Origin: Raja brachyura
Lineage: Eukaryota
Length of the DNA stretch: 64,000 nt
Direction of reading: 5' to 3'
Assembly (NCBI GenBank): GCA_963514005.1
Contig: OY740808.1
Location: 28,024,001 to 28,088,000, forward strand
In this document: positions 50,059 through 61,308 of the stretch, in pieces
How positions within the stretch are numbered: position 1 is the first letter of the stretch
Layout: every line of letters begins with the position of its first letter
Position numbers and translations under genes: made by a program
The notes under the pieces: generated by a model
What the model was told of the DNA's origin: nothing
Seen by the model: the letters and a program-made list of their open reading frames with translations, nothing else
Databases searched by the model: none

Positions 50059-51117
50059 GTATTGAAACTAATTTGTGCTTTCTGTATAGTTTATATATTT
50101 CTCCACATATTTTGGCAAAATGCACGCAAATGTTTCTATATGGAATATCTTAACAGAATATGTTCTGTTTATGCAGATTGATTTGAGAATAGTGTAAAAA
50201 AAAAGATGCATTTCCTGAAAGTTGATGAGAATTTTTGTTTCCAAGAGAGAAAAATTCATGTCCAACCTGACTGGAGGCAGGAATATCACCTCTCTTCCAA
50301 CTATATACATTGTGTGTGAAATGGAGCTATCAATTTCCACTTTACCACCTTCTGACACAGTCCTTTGGCGAATTCTTAGATAAACATCTTACAAATGCTG
50401 TGATTTATTCAGAAAATGTTTTAACACCTAGCTTGTGACTTTCCTAACGTGGCTCTGTGAGTACTAAAACAATGAAAGTCAAACTAATTGTTGATGCCGT
50501 AAATCCAAAATAAGTGCAGAACATGCTGCAAATACTCAGTAGGCCAGAGTACATCTCTCTGTGGAAAAGAGTCAATGTTTCAGGCTGGAGACTTTTCCTC
50601 TTGTGAAGGGTCCCCAACCTGAAACTTTTATTCTTTTTCTCTTTCCATTGATGTGGACAGACATGCATTTACAGTTTTTGTACTGATCAGACTAGTCTGT
50701 GATTTACAATCCGGAACATTGTTGTTGACACTGGGAAATGTATACCATGCATTAGCAGTTTCCTTCTCGACATTCTAATAATGGGAAGGGCTAAACTGAT
50801 GCCATGGGTATAGAGTTCAAGATTGGACTTTAAGCTGATTTATGAAACAATGTGAGATTGACTCCAGAACTGCCCAAATTGCCTCAGAATGCAAGACTGT
50901 GACATTAGTGTTGCACATTCAACACTGAAATTCACTTGACATTTATACCACATGTCCTTAAGATTAGATAACAAACAAAATGACCAGCTAGACAAGAAAG
51001 ACATCTGACTCATTCATTTAGTGATTCTTTGTAATGTTTAAAATAGTTGAAACTAATGTTTTTAGTTTCTAAATGTATTAGTAACTACATTTATTATCTT
51101 TTTTCATTATTGTCAAG

Positions 51118-51228
51118 GTTTACAGTAGCATCTGTGAGAAGTGTGGCTTAATGTGGGAAAATCATTCCAATTTCCCACAAAAGATTGATGGCCAAACCAA
51201 AGTTTCACCCATGGATATGCCTCTGCAG
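51118..51228 (+). CDS. ASCC2: ASCC2 coding exon: VYSSICEKCGL...PQKIDGQTKVSPMDMPLQ
   Basis: 111 nt, AAG| and CAG|GT; frame-compatible; similar to human VFSNILQHCGL...PSDMPLL. Confidence 0.9.
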
Positions 51229-51497
51229 GTATTGCTCACGTCATTGACATTAAAAAAATCATAACTAAAATATGTTTTAGCTTTGTCAATGGAAAGTAAT
51301 CTTGCATGGAATCTCTTGTGTATCTTATGTTTTAATCAAGATGAATGAATGTAACTTTTGTATAAGCAATAAGAAATAGTTTAGATAAATTAATAGTATC
51401 AGTATTAGTTTACTGTTATGTGTACTGAAATATTGCGAAACACTTTGTTTTGCATGCTATCTAGGCAGATCATACAATACACAAGTATAACAGGTAC

Positions 51498-52666
51498 AGG
51501 CTGTGGGCCGAGGTGCCAAAAGGGCTCTAGATTTTAACTTTTGTGACCCATGTCTGGTATCTACTTGAAATTTGGCACAGATTTAGATAAAACATCATTG
51601 ATAAGGAATTCATAACTCATCATTGCAAAAAGTGGAACACTAATTAATAAAGCTAATTAGAAAAAGTAACAGCGCCCTCTTGAGCTCAATAATATATAGC
51701 TGTATGTGGGAACATTGAATACGGGTCTCGTATGGACCACAGAGGTCCCGGGTTTCACCAGCTCATGAACCCGCTTAATTAATGGGTGAGGGCAGATCCT
51801 GTTTGTTCCATAGTTTACTGAACCCCACTGACTGCCAGTGTGCAGAGTGGGGGTCACCACCATAGCGGGACTGGGGCAGTGCCAGGCTGGGGGAAGGCTA
51901 ATGCATCTTCCACTGAGAAGTAAATGCCTAACCCTAACTCGCCCCCCTTCCGGAGCTGCCCACGGCTGGAGCTGGAGCCGCTTTGGGACCGGTTGCGATC
52001 TCCGTACGTGTGGCCGCTCAGCGCGTCAGCCTCGGCCAGCCAATCAGCGAGTCCACCTCAGCCAGCCACTCAGCGCGTCCGCCTACGCCAACATGTCTTT
52101 CTAGATCATCAGCAGCAGCCCACCCGATGCCATGATTACACATAATGTCAACATGGTGGGGAGCAGCACTGCCCTGCAAGCTGCACTGGCCGCCTTTAGC
52201 ACCTCCATAGCGCCAGCTCCGTCAGTCCGCCTGCTCGCTCGCTGCAACACCAGCCGGCCGACAGCCCGACCGACCCCTCATTGCACCCACCGGCCGTCCG
52301 ACAGGCCGACCGACCCTTCATTGCACCCACCCACCGGCCGTCCGACAGCCCGACCGACTGACTGACCAGCTCTATTCCCCCCTGCTGCTCAGCTCCTCCC
52401 AGGGCCGCCTTCAGCAGCCCCATAGCACCGGCTCCGTAACGGAAGTCCTCAGAAAAAAAAATACGCCTGCAGGCTCAGGTTATGGGCAGGATCTGGCCCG
52501 TGAGCCGTAGGTTGCCAATCCCTGCCCGGACCTTAACCCTAACCTTCTTCATGTTACAGTTTCAGGTATGATTTCTATAACATTTTTACACAATATGCTA
52601 TAAATACAGGTAGATACGTGATTTGGGTCACAAAATGAAACGCAAAAGCACCTCAGCCCACAGTCT
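51498..52666. mobile_element. Non-autonomous DNA transposon (~1.17 kb) nested in a Rex1 3' remnant (~51400-53070, minus)
   Basis: 19-bp TIRs AGGCTGTGGGCCGAGGTGC / GCACCTCAGCCCACAGTCT (17/19); internal CCTAACCCTAAC motifs, ~40-bp tandem repeats at 52250-52360 and a hAT-like end (...GTTGCCAATCCCTG ~52524); TSD unresolved. Confidence 0.7.
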
Positions 52667-53401
52667 AGAAGTACAAAAGAGAAAGTTAATAGTGCAGAAT
52701 ATATAACATTTCAGCGACAAAGAAAGTGCAGTTTAAACTAAAAGTATGAGTGCTGTAACTAGGTAGGTTGTAAGATTGGGGATGCAGCCTTGACATATGA
52801 GAAATCCGTTCAAGAGTCTGGCAACAACGGGAAGAAACTGTTCTTGAATCTGGTGGTGCGTGCTCTCAAACTTTTGAATCTTCTGCCCAACAGGCAGGGG
52901 GAGAAGAGAGTGACTGGGATGTGAGTGGTCCTTGATTATGTCGGCTTCTCTCCCAAGGCACTGTGAAGTGTAGATGGAGTCCTGGGGATCTCGTTTATGT
53001 GATGGACTGGGCTGCATTCACAATTCTCTGCAGTTTCTTATGGCCTTGGGCAGAACAGTTGACGTGCCAAACTAAACACTGATTAAGAAAAATAATGAAA
53101 TTGTAACATTTATCAGTTCTGGTTAAGTCTTAAAGCAGTTACAAAATATTAAATCATAATATTAAATGCTGTAATTTCAGTGCCTGTTCCTCAGAATTAT
53201 AGATAAAACAATGGAATTGTTGCACTTGTTACTTTGGGTAACTATTAAGTTGCACACAGTGAATGTGGTAATCTATTAAACAAGTATCCTCTGGGTCAGG
53301 AGATCTTTTTTAGGGATTTTGAAAAGATATTTTTACCTGGTGTGTAAAGCCAGTAGGATTACACTTATGAGTAATGTTATGACAAAATCTTTATCTTGTA
53401 G

Positions 53402-53514
53402 GAGTTTAAGGATATTTTGCTGTACCTGTGTGATACGTGCACTACGCTGTTTGCATTCTTGGACATTTTTCCTGAAGCTAGTCGGATATTCCAAAAGCAT
53501 GATTATATACAAAG
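53402..53514 (+). CDS. ASCC2: ASCC2 coding exon: EFKDILLYLCDTCTTLFAFLDIFPEASRIFQKHDYIQ(R)
   Basis: 113 nt, TAG| and AG|GTACGG; conserved LYLCDTCTTL.AFLDIFP. Confidence 0.95.
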
Positions 53515-54546
53515 GTACGGAAGCATACGGCATATTGTTTTTTTTAGTCTACCACTTTGATTATATTAGAATTGTGATCTATATAATAGCTATGCCTTCC
53601 TAATTTAAAACAATATGCACATGCATGCAATCAAACAGCAAAAGATTGTAGATGTTGGAAATCGGACATAAAAACAGAACATGCCATAAATACTCAGTGG
53701 GTCAGGCAGTATTTTCAAAATTAAAGTTATAAGTTGATGATCATTCATCAGATTTAGAACAAATGGGAAATTTTAAAGGACAAAGAAATGTGTGTGATAA
53801 GTGTAGATCAAAAGAGTAAAGCAAATGTTGCTCTTTAAGAGAGGGTGGTGAGGTTCTTTTTAATACTGCTGATTCTGAAGGGGATGTACCTCTTTCTCCC
53901 ATTCTATAAGGACTCCATTTCCAGTTTTTGCGGCTACGGTTTGAGAGACTACATTTTCCACACTTGTGTCTCTGAGGCAAGGCAAGGCAAGGCAAATTTA
54001 TTTATTTAGCACCATTCGTACAAGCAGCAATTCACAGTGCTTTACAGGAAAAAAAACCCAAAAGAATAACATAGTAAAAAGACAGCAGAACAACCAAACA
54101 ATACAGGACAACAAAACAGCCAATAATCAAAAGTTACAAAACAAGCAATACGACAAATGCATGAATAGTAAAACAATAAAACAATTTTAAAAGCACATTA
54201 AAGGGTTAAGTAATTCCATGTCCATAATGTAGCTCTTGTTCCACCTGATTGACACACGGCTCGCAATCATGTATCTACCATTTTTTGCACATTTTGCCTC
54301 TTCTCCTCCTTGTCCTCCAATGTGAGCTCTCATGTATTCCCTTCATCTTTCAGAATCTCTCAATAATTACTCACTTGGTGATTCCTTGTTTTGCTCTTTC
54401 ATTTCCAATAATACCATCTCCTTTTCTTGTGGCACATTTCCAATTTGACTGTAGAAGGTACAACGTGCACATTGGCTTATTTCCTTCACATCATCCAGGG
54501 ATCTAAAACTCCCTTCCAGGTGTCGGCCAAGGGTGATCTTGAACTT

Positions 54547-54732
54547 GTTAAAGAAGGAACTGCAGATGCTGGAGAATCGAGGGTACACAAAAGGCTGGAG
54601 AAACTTAGCGGGTGCAGCAGCATCTAAGGAGCGAAGGGCCTGAAGAAGGGTCTCGACCCGAAACGTCGCCTATCTCCTTCGCTCCTTAGATGCTGCTGCA
54701 CCCGCTGAGTTTCTCCAGCCTTTTGTGTACCC
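54547..54732. mobile_element. Young foldback Penelope terminal-repeat element with a hammerhead-like core in its loop
   Basis: Exact 14-bp TSD GTGATCTTGAACTT (54533-54546, 54733-54746); 57-bp arms at 54581-54637 and 54676-54732; inserted into an older Penelope remnant. Confidence 0.9.
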
Positions 54733-55434
54733 GTGATCTTGAACTTCCTGTTTTGTCATAGATTCATACAGCATGCAACAGGCCCCTCAGCTCAACCTGT
54801 TCATACTGACAAAGATGCCCCATCTGTCACCTTAAAACTACATATCACTACCACTCTAATCTCTCTGCCTTTGGCCTTTCACGTTGTTCCAGTGACAACC
54901 AACTGAAGCACAGGGAACAGCGCATTATCTTTTGACCAGGCACTTAACTGTGCAAAAAATGAATGGTGCAAACTATTTTGGAGAACCAACATTTCCAGTT
55001 TGTTTCAGAACTGTCTACAGGTCAACAACCTCCAACATTATCTTGGGTTTTCTCTCACCAGGTATGCTACCTGACGGCTGGCTGTTTACAACATTCTCTT
55101 TAATTTCACATTTCCTGCAATTGTTGTTTGGCATGTCACCGTGTCAGCTATTCTTTGGACTGTAATTCACAATAGTTTTTCTTTTTTCCAAACATCGATC
55201 AAGTTCAGTGATCTGAAATATTAACTCTTGATTTTCGTTCTCTACAGGTTTGCCTAGCTACTGAATTTCTAGGATTTTCTGTTTTTATTATGCATCTACA
55301 CTTTCCTCTTTGCATTATTGCATGCTCCAAATCGTTGCTCCTTTTATTTAAATTGATCAAGTTGATGAATTATTCTTGTTCTTTTGCTAGAATTCCTATT
55401 AAGTGTAAAATTATGTGCATTAAGTTTTTCTTTT

Positions 55435-55495
55435 TAAACGATGGTGGACTTAAGTGAAATGATCCACATCGTCTCACTAAGTCCACCATCATTTA
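55435..55495. repeat. 61-nt hairpin (tiny MITE-like)
   Basis: TAAACGATGGTGGACTTAAGTGAAATGAT-CCAC-ATCGTCTCACTAAGTCCACCATCATTTA. Confidence 0.75.
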
Positions 55496-55733
55496 TAATA
55501 CATTTTCAACTTGACTGTACCATCTTCCTTTGGGGAAATGGCATATTTAGGATCAGTAAGTTTTTATAGACCAAAAGGTGCAAGTAGTCACCACTAATCC
55601 ACATGGGTCACAATGCCAGAGAACAAAGTAAAGGTGTTTAATTTTTTAGAGATACCAGTGCACTGTACGGGCACAGACCATTATATAAAAAGCACTGCAT
55701 GAGATGGAAAAGGTTTTGCTCCACTATTGTTTA

Positions 55734-56021
55734 GTTTTAGTTTGGAGATGTAGTGCCTACTGAGTCCACACTGACCAGCGATCCTCACATATAAACACTA
55801 TCCTACGCACACTAGGAACAATTTACAATTATACCAAGCCAATTAGCCTACAAACCTGCATGTCTTTTAGAATGTGGGGGGAAACTGAAGATCGCTGAGA
55901 AAACCCACGCATGTCATGGGGAGAACGTGCAAACTCTGTACAGATAAGCACCCATAGTCAGGATCGAACCCAGGTCTCGAGCTGTAAGGGAGTAGCTCTA
56001 CCGCTGCGCCACTGTGCGACC
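55734..56021 (-). mobile_element. V-SINE (HE1-like)
   Basis: Reverse A/B boxes; 10-bp TSD CTATTGTTTA at 55724-55733 and 56022-56031. Confidence 0.88.
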
Positions 56022-56328
56022 CTATTGTTTATGATATATTTTAAACTCGACCATGCCAACTTCCTTTGGGAAGGTGAGACTTGAAATAAAAAATGTGTTC
56101 CACAAAAACTGCAGATGAAGACCTATTTTCTATTAAGCATGACACATTACATCAATACATTGTGATGCAAAACTAGTGTCAATTTTTATTATTTGGTTTT
56201 ATTGCAGCGGCAAAATATATTAATTGGCACACATAAGCATGAGTAGTTAAGTATAATTTTGCACAATTGCAAATAATTTAAAATTTATATATATTGAAGT
56301 ATCTTTTTGACAATTCTCTGTTTTGCAG

Positions 56329-56403
56329 ATTGGCCTCGTTTTATGAAGCAATTATCCCTGAACTAGAAAACACAATTAAACAGAGGCGATTTGAAGAAAT
56401 TGG
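56329..56403 (+). CDS. ASCC2: ASCC2 coding exon: (R)LASFYEAIIPELENTIKQRRFEEI(G)
   Basis: 75 nt, TTTTGCAG| and GG|GTAAGT. Confidence 0.95.
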
Positions 56404-56845
56404 GTAAGTTATTCAGTGATGGATTTGAGGTCTCTTGGGTTTGCGTCAGAATCTTTTCTTTTCTGTTTACTTTATCTAAATTTTATTGAGCCGTTATTCA
56501 CCTTCAGCCTTCTGCTAGGAGGGTTGACATTTTCCCAACTTTCTAATTTTTATGAAATTCGGTGCCAAATTTATATCAACAGGCTGGATATTTTACTCTC
56601 GTAATCTCAAAGAAATATCCGTCTTACTTGGCTAAGAGAACTGTTGGTGACTTGAATTACTGCTGGAAGTGTGAACTAAAATTTGATGTTCAACTTCAAC
56701 ATATAACTATGGGCACATTAAGTTTTGATCCTTATTTTATATTAATCAGATGTCTGTGATAGATTATTACTATTCACCAAGTAAACCTACAGTATTGATC
56801 AGTTTGACTGTAAATTGGTTATTTCGTTTTATTTGCTTTTCTCTT

Positions 56846-57150
56846 GGGGCGGCACGGTGGCGCAGCGGTAGAGTTGCTGCCTTACAGCGCCAGAGACCCG
56901 GGTTCGATCCTGACTGCGGGTGCTATCTTTGCGGAGTTTATACATTCTCCCTGTGACTGGGTTTTCTCCGGGTGCTCCGGTTTTCTCTCACACTCCGAAG
57001 ACGTGCAGATTTGTAGGTTAATTGGTTTCTGTAAAAATAAATTGTAAATTTTTGCCTAGTGTGTGGGATAGTGCTAGTGTAAGGGGTGATCATTGCTCGG
57101 TGCGGACTTGGTGGGCTGTATACATGTTTCCATGCTGTATCTCTAAAGTT
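56846..57150 (+). mobile_element. Full-length V-SINE (HE1-like)
   Basis: A box TGGCGCAGCGG (56858), B box GGTTCGATCC (56901), central domain, CR1-like tail GCTGTATCTCTAAA. Confidence 0.9.
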
Positions 57151-57730
57151 TAAAGGTTTGATTAATTTTACATTAGAGATGGTATTGACTAGTGGAATAT
57201 CCTGTTGCGCAGACACATGCAGATCAAGTATACTACATTTATTTAGGTACTAACCACTTCCACTACGCACTAATAGCCTGCTTTAGCCCTTATCCAACAA
57301 ACATCCCTGCTGCCAAGTCTGAATATTTTTTACTTCCAGCACAACATAGCCAGCTAATTTATGAAGAATAAAGAGCAGCAGCAATTTGTGAAGTGTTTTT
57401 TTTAATGAATCTAAATCACACAGGAACAGCATTCATCTTCACAGAGAGGATTTAATCAGAGAAATAGGAAAATACGCATTTCTTTTTCAGTGGCCTCATT
57501 GTGCTTAAGACTAGTAAACTGACCAACACTTTTAGACTCTTAGATTATTGAAAATATTGCTATCAACCATGTCATGGAAACCTAGATATAGTAGTCCAGA
57601 TTTATTGTATAAAGGAAGAATTGATTCAAGTTCAGATCATTTTATTACCCATCCTTCTGCTCTCCCTGCTCTTTCAATTCCCCTCATTTCCCAAAGTGTT
57701 AACATTTGATTTTTTTTTCTTTTTCTTCAG

Positions 57731-57838
57731 ATTGCAAAGTGATTTGTGGAGGAGACTTTCACACTCGAGGAAGAAAATTATTGAAACTTTTCATCACATC
57801 ATTAATTTCAAGTGCCTTCAACCTATACTAGAAAATGG
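57731..57838 (+). CDS. ASCC2: ASCC2 coding exon: LQSDLWRRLSHSRKKIIETFHHIINFKCLQPILEN(G)
   Basis: 108 nt, long T tract then CAG|, donor GG|GTGTGG; conserved DLW.RLSHSRKK. Confidence 0.93.
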
Positions 57839-58429
57839 GTGTGGAAGCAGCAAATCTAATTTAATTTATATTTTAATTTACATCTATTTGAATTATATTT
57901 TTAGAAAGCTTGTTGTGGTCATTCACAGTTAAGAGAATGACAAGGGTGCTTTTCAAGTTGAAAGATGTTGAAGAATATTTTCTTGCAAGGTTCCAATTTC
58001 TTGCAAGGTTCACTGGACAATGGTCAGGGCTGTTTGTTTTAGTTATTATGCATTGGTTTGAGTGTCAAATGCATCATATTTTGTTGAGGCATAACTACAG
58101 AAGACATGTATTGTCTTGTTAGACTAGCGGGTCAGGCAGCAACATTGGAGAGAAGGACTGGTTGATGTTTTCGGTCAAGGCCCTTCAACTATGAGTCAGG
58201 GGAGAGGGAGACTAGAGATCCTGAAGGGTAAGGTGTGAAAATGACAGATCAAAGCAGACGATGGTGAAAGAAATGTGGAATGGTTCATTGTTGGCTGAGG
58301 CGAAGGTGGCCACGAGGAATGCGATCAGTAAAATTAATCAGCCAGACAGTGAAACTAATCGGAGAACTGGGGTGGGACAGGACGGAGAGAGAGGGAAAGC
58401 ACATACTGTATGATTTCCAAAGAAATGAT

Positions 58430-59700
58430 GATGAAATCTGTATCCATGAAGACCCTTGAAAGACTTGTGCTGGCCCACCTGAAAAATACCCCTGCTGGAC
58501 CCCCTGCAGTTTTGCATACCGGGCAAATAGATCATTGGATGACGCAGTCAACCTAGGCCTGCACTTCATCCTCCAGCGCCTCGACAGCCAGGGAACCTAC
58601 GCAAGGATTTTGTTTGTGGATTTTAGCTCTGCATTCAACACCATTGTGCCAGAACTACTACACTCCAAACTCTCGCAGTTGACTGTGCCTGAACCCCTCT
58701 GTCAGTGAATCATTAACTTTCTGACAGACAGGAAGCAGCATGTGAGGCTGAGAAAGCACATCTCGGATGCACAGACCCTCAGTATAGGAGCACCGCAAGG
58801 CTGCGTACTCTCCTCTCTCCTTTACTCTCTCTACACCAACGACTGCACCTCCACAGACTCCTCTGTCAAGCTTCTCAAGTTTGCGGACGACACAACCCTG
58901 ATTGGACTGATCCAGGATGGGGAGGAATCTGCCTACAGACTGGAAGTGTCACAGCTGGCATCCTGGTGCCATTGCAACAACCTGGAGCTCAATGCTCTTA
59001 ACACGGTGGAATTGATTGTAGACTTTAGGAGAGCTTCCCCTCCCCTTCCCATCAACAACACCACAATCAAATCTGTGGAGTCATTTAGGTTCATTGGAAC
59101 CATCATCTCCAGGGACCTTAAATGGGGAGGCCACCATCGACTCTACAGTCAAAAAGGCCCAACAGTGGGGGATGTACTTCCTGCGGCAGCTGAGAAAACA
59201 CAATCTGCCACAAGCAATGATGGTCCAGTTTCATACGGCCATCGTAGAGCCTGTCCTCACCTTCTCCATCATGGTCTAGTTTGGCTCAGCCACCAAGCAC
59301 GACATCTGGAGGCTGCAGTGCATCGTTCGATCTGCTGAGAAGGTTGGTCGAACTGTACACTGCAAGGGTCAGGTCGAGAGTGGGTAAGATCATCTTTGAC
59401 CCCTCTCACCCTGGCTACAGACTCTTTGAAGCACTTCCCTCTGGAAGGTGACTCCGGACTGTCAAAGCCGCCACAGCCAGACATAAAAACAATTTTTTTC
59501 CACGAGCAGTAGCTCTGCTTAATAACCAAAAGTCTGTAGCCTCAATTTGTTCTGGTATTTTAGTTCATTCTTCACATGCTTAAATTATAATGTTATATTT
59601 TTAATTGTCTACATAATATCGTGTTACTTGTGAGCAAAGCACCAAGGCAAATTCCTTGTATGTATACATATTTGGTTAATAAAATTTATTCAATTCAATG
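58430..59700 (+). mobile_element. 5'-truncated Rex1/Babar LINE, relatively well preserved (Penelope fragment just upstream at ~58125-58400)
   Basis: GAPQGCVLSSLLYSLYTNDC...LLKFADDTTLIGLI...WCHCNNLELNALNTVELIVDFRR; AATAAA plus (ATTCA)n tail. Confidence 0.92.
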
Positions 59701-60136
59701 AACTCAAGATGATAATCCATATAGACTTTAGAGATTTCAGAGGGACAGCAAATAATCAGTGGGAACATATTTGAGAATAGACACTTAAGTATATTTCAGT
59801 TAAATATATATGTCTTACAGTTGATACTTCTATTTTCCATAAGCGCGGAACTCCAAATGTAAATTTTAAGTTTACATCTGATTCTCTACCATCAGATCCC
59901 TGTAAACATTTTAAAAACCTTAAATAATCACCTTTCAGCTTTTTGAATTTGAAAGGATACTGCTCTAATAGTGTAATTATATAATTTAAATTTTGAAGTG
60001 ACACTGTACTTGAATTATGAAATAAAATTGTTTAGTTTGAGGAAATTTGCATGAAATTACCTTTAGAAATGTCAAACAGTACTCTTGATAATTTATCGAT
60101 AAGTTCCTTAACAAATTTGTTTTTCCTTTTGCGTAG

Positions 60137-60205
60137 ATCTGAGCATAGTCTGACCTTTATAGAAGATTTCCTTCAAATCTTTACAGCTCTCCTACACCAA
60201 AAGAG
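60137..60205 (+). CDS. ASCC2: ASCC2 coding exon: SEHSLTFIEDFLQIFTALLHQK(R)
   Basis: 69 nt, TAG| and AG|GTAAGT; similar to human FIEEFLQIFSSLLQEKR. Confidence 0.95.
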
Positions 60206-61233
60206 GTAAGTGAGTAGTCAGACTCTAGAATGTTTAGCAAATATGAAAGCATTCTGACCTAATGATATTTTCAAGTAATTTAGATTATCACATATCTTAA
60301 AGCTTCAAAAGCAGTTGTTTGAGGTGCAATCTTAATTTGGAAGAAAAGAGAACCTGCCTTAGTGGAACCCTTAAATGTATTGTCAGTTGTAATGTAATGC
60401 CAGGCAGCATTTAAGCACGGGCTCCAGGTGAAGGTCTTCGATGTCCGTGTCTGTTCTGTTGGAAAAGTCATTTTATTGCCTAACATAGCTTACACATCCA
60501 ACAAAGTACAACCTTAACTGTGTTTTTGGTTGCAAGAGAAGGGAAGAAAGATGTTGCAAGGCTATTTTTATACTATTGATTTATGCCTAAGATGATTAAT
60601 GACTGAGCTGTAATGAAGTGTATACCTGACCTGTTATTGACTGGAAGAAATCTGACAATTTTGCAGAGCAGTGAACACCATTGGCAACTGACCTAGATTA
60701 TTTCAACATGATTGGAAAATACACTTGCATTGAAAAAGTTATCGTTACTTTTGCTCAAAAAAAAGATATTTGCAGAAATTCTTGTAAAAGTGTTCTGATA
60801 TTGATAATAGCTGCACATTCCAAAGTATACCAAATTATTCAGGTCAGTTATTTATTTTTAGTATTGTGAATTATGTGAAATCAGCAGCGAGAAACAGCAA
60901 GGGGAGAAACAGCATCCCCGTTATATGAATCAAAACTTATACTTGCAAGCAATTTAAATAGGCACAAAACACAGTGCCAGAGGAACACAGCAGGTCAGGC
61001 AACATTTGTGGTGGGAATGGACAGACAACGTTTCGGGCTGAAATCATTTTTCAGACTGATGGAATAGAAATATGAAATTGATGTCCATTCTCTCCACAGA
61101 TGCTGCCGGAACCGCTGTGTTCCTCCTGCTGTTCGTTTCTTGTCTAAGATTCCACCATCTGCAGTTTCTCATGTCTCTGTGTCTGCAATGTTTGATTGTG
61201 TTGTAACTTCAAATGTTATCATTGTTTGCACAG

Positions 61234-61308
61234 ATTTCTGACAGACTATGATGAACAATTTCCAGTGGCTGATGATATCAGCCTTTTACAACAGGCATTT
61301 CCTGCGCT
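61234..61308 (+). CDS. ASCC2: ASCC2 coding exon: FLTDYDEQFPVADDISLLQQAFPA(L)
   Basis: 75 nt, CAG| acceptor; ends at the U12 donor CT|GTATCCTTT. Confidence 0.95.

Noticed and set aside
56846-56920. tRNA-like A/B boxes suggesting a tRNA gene
   Set aside because: Runs directly into the V-SINE core and CR1-like tail; no complete cloverleaf; several copies in the window
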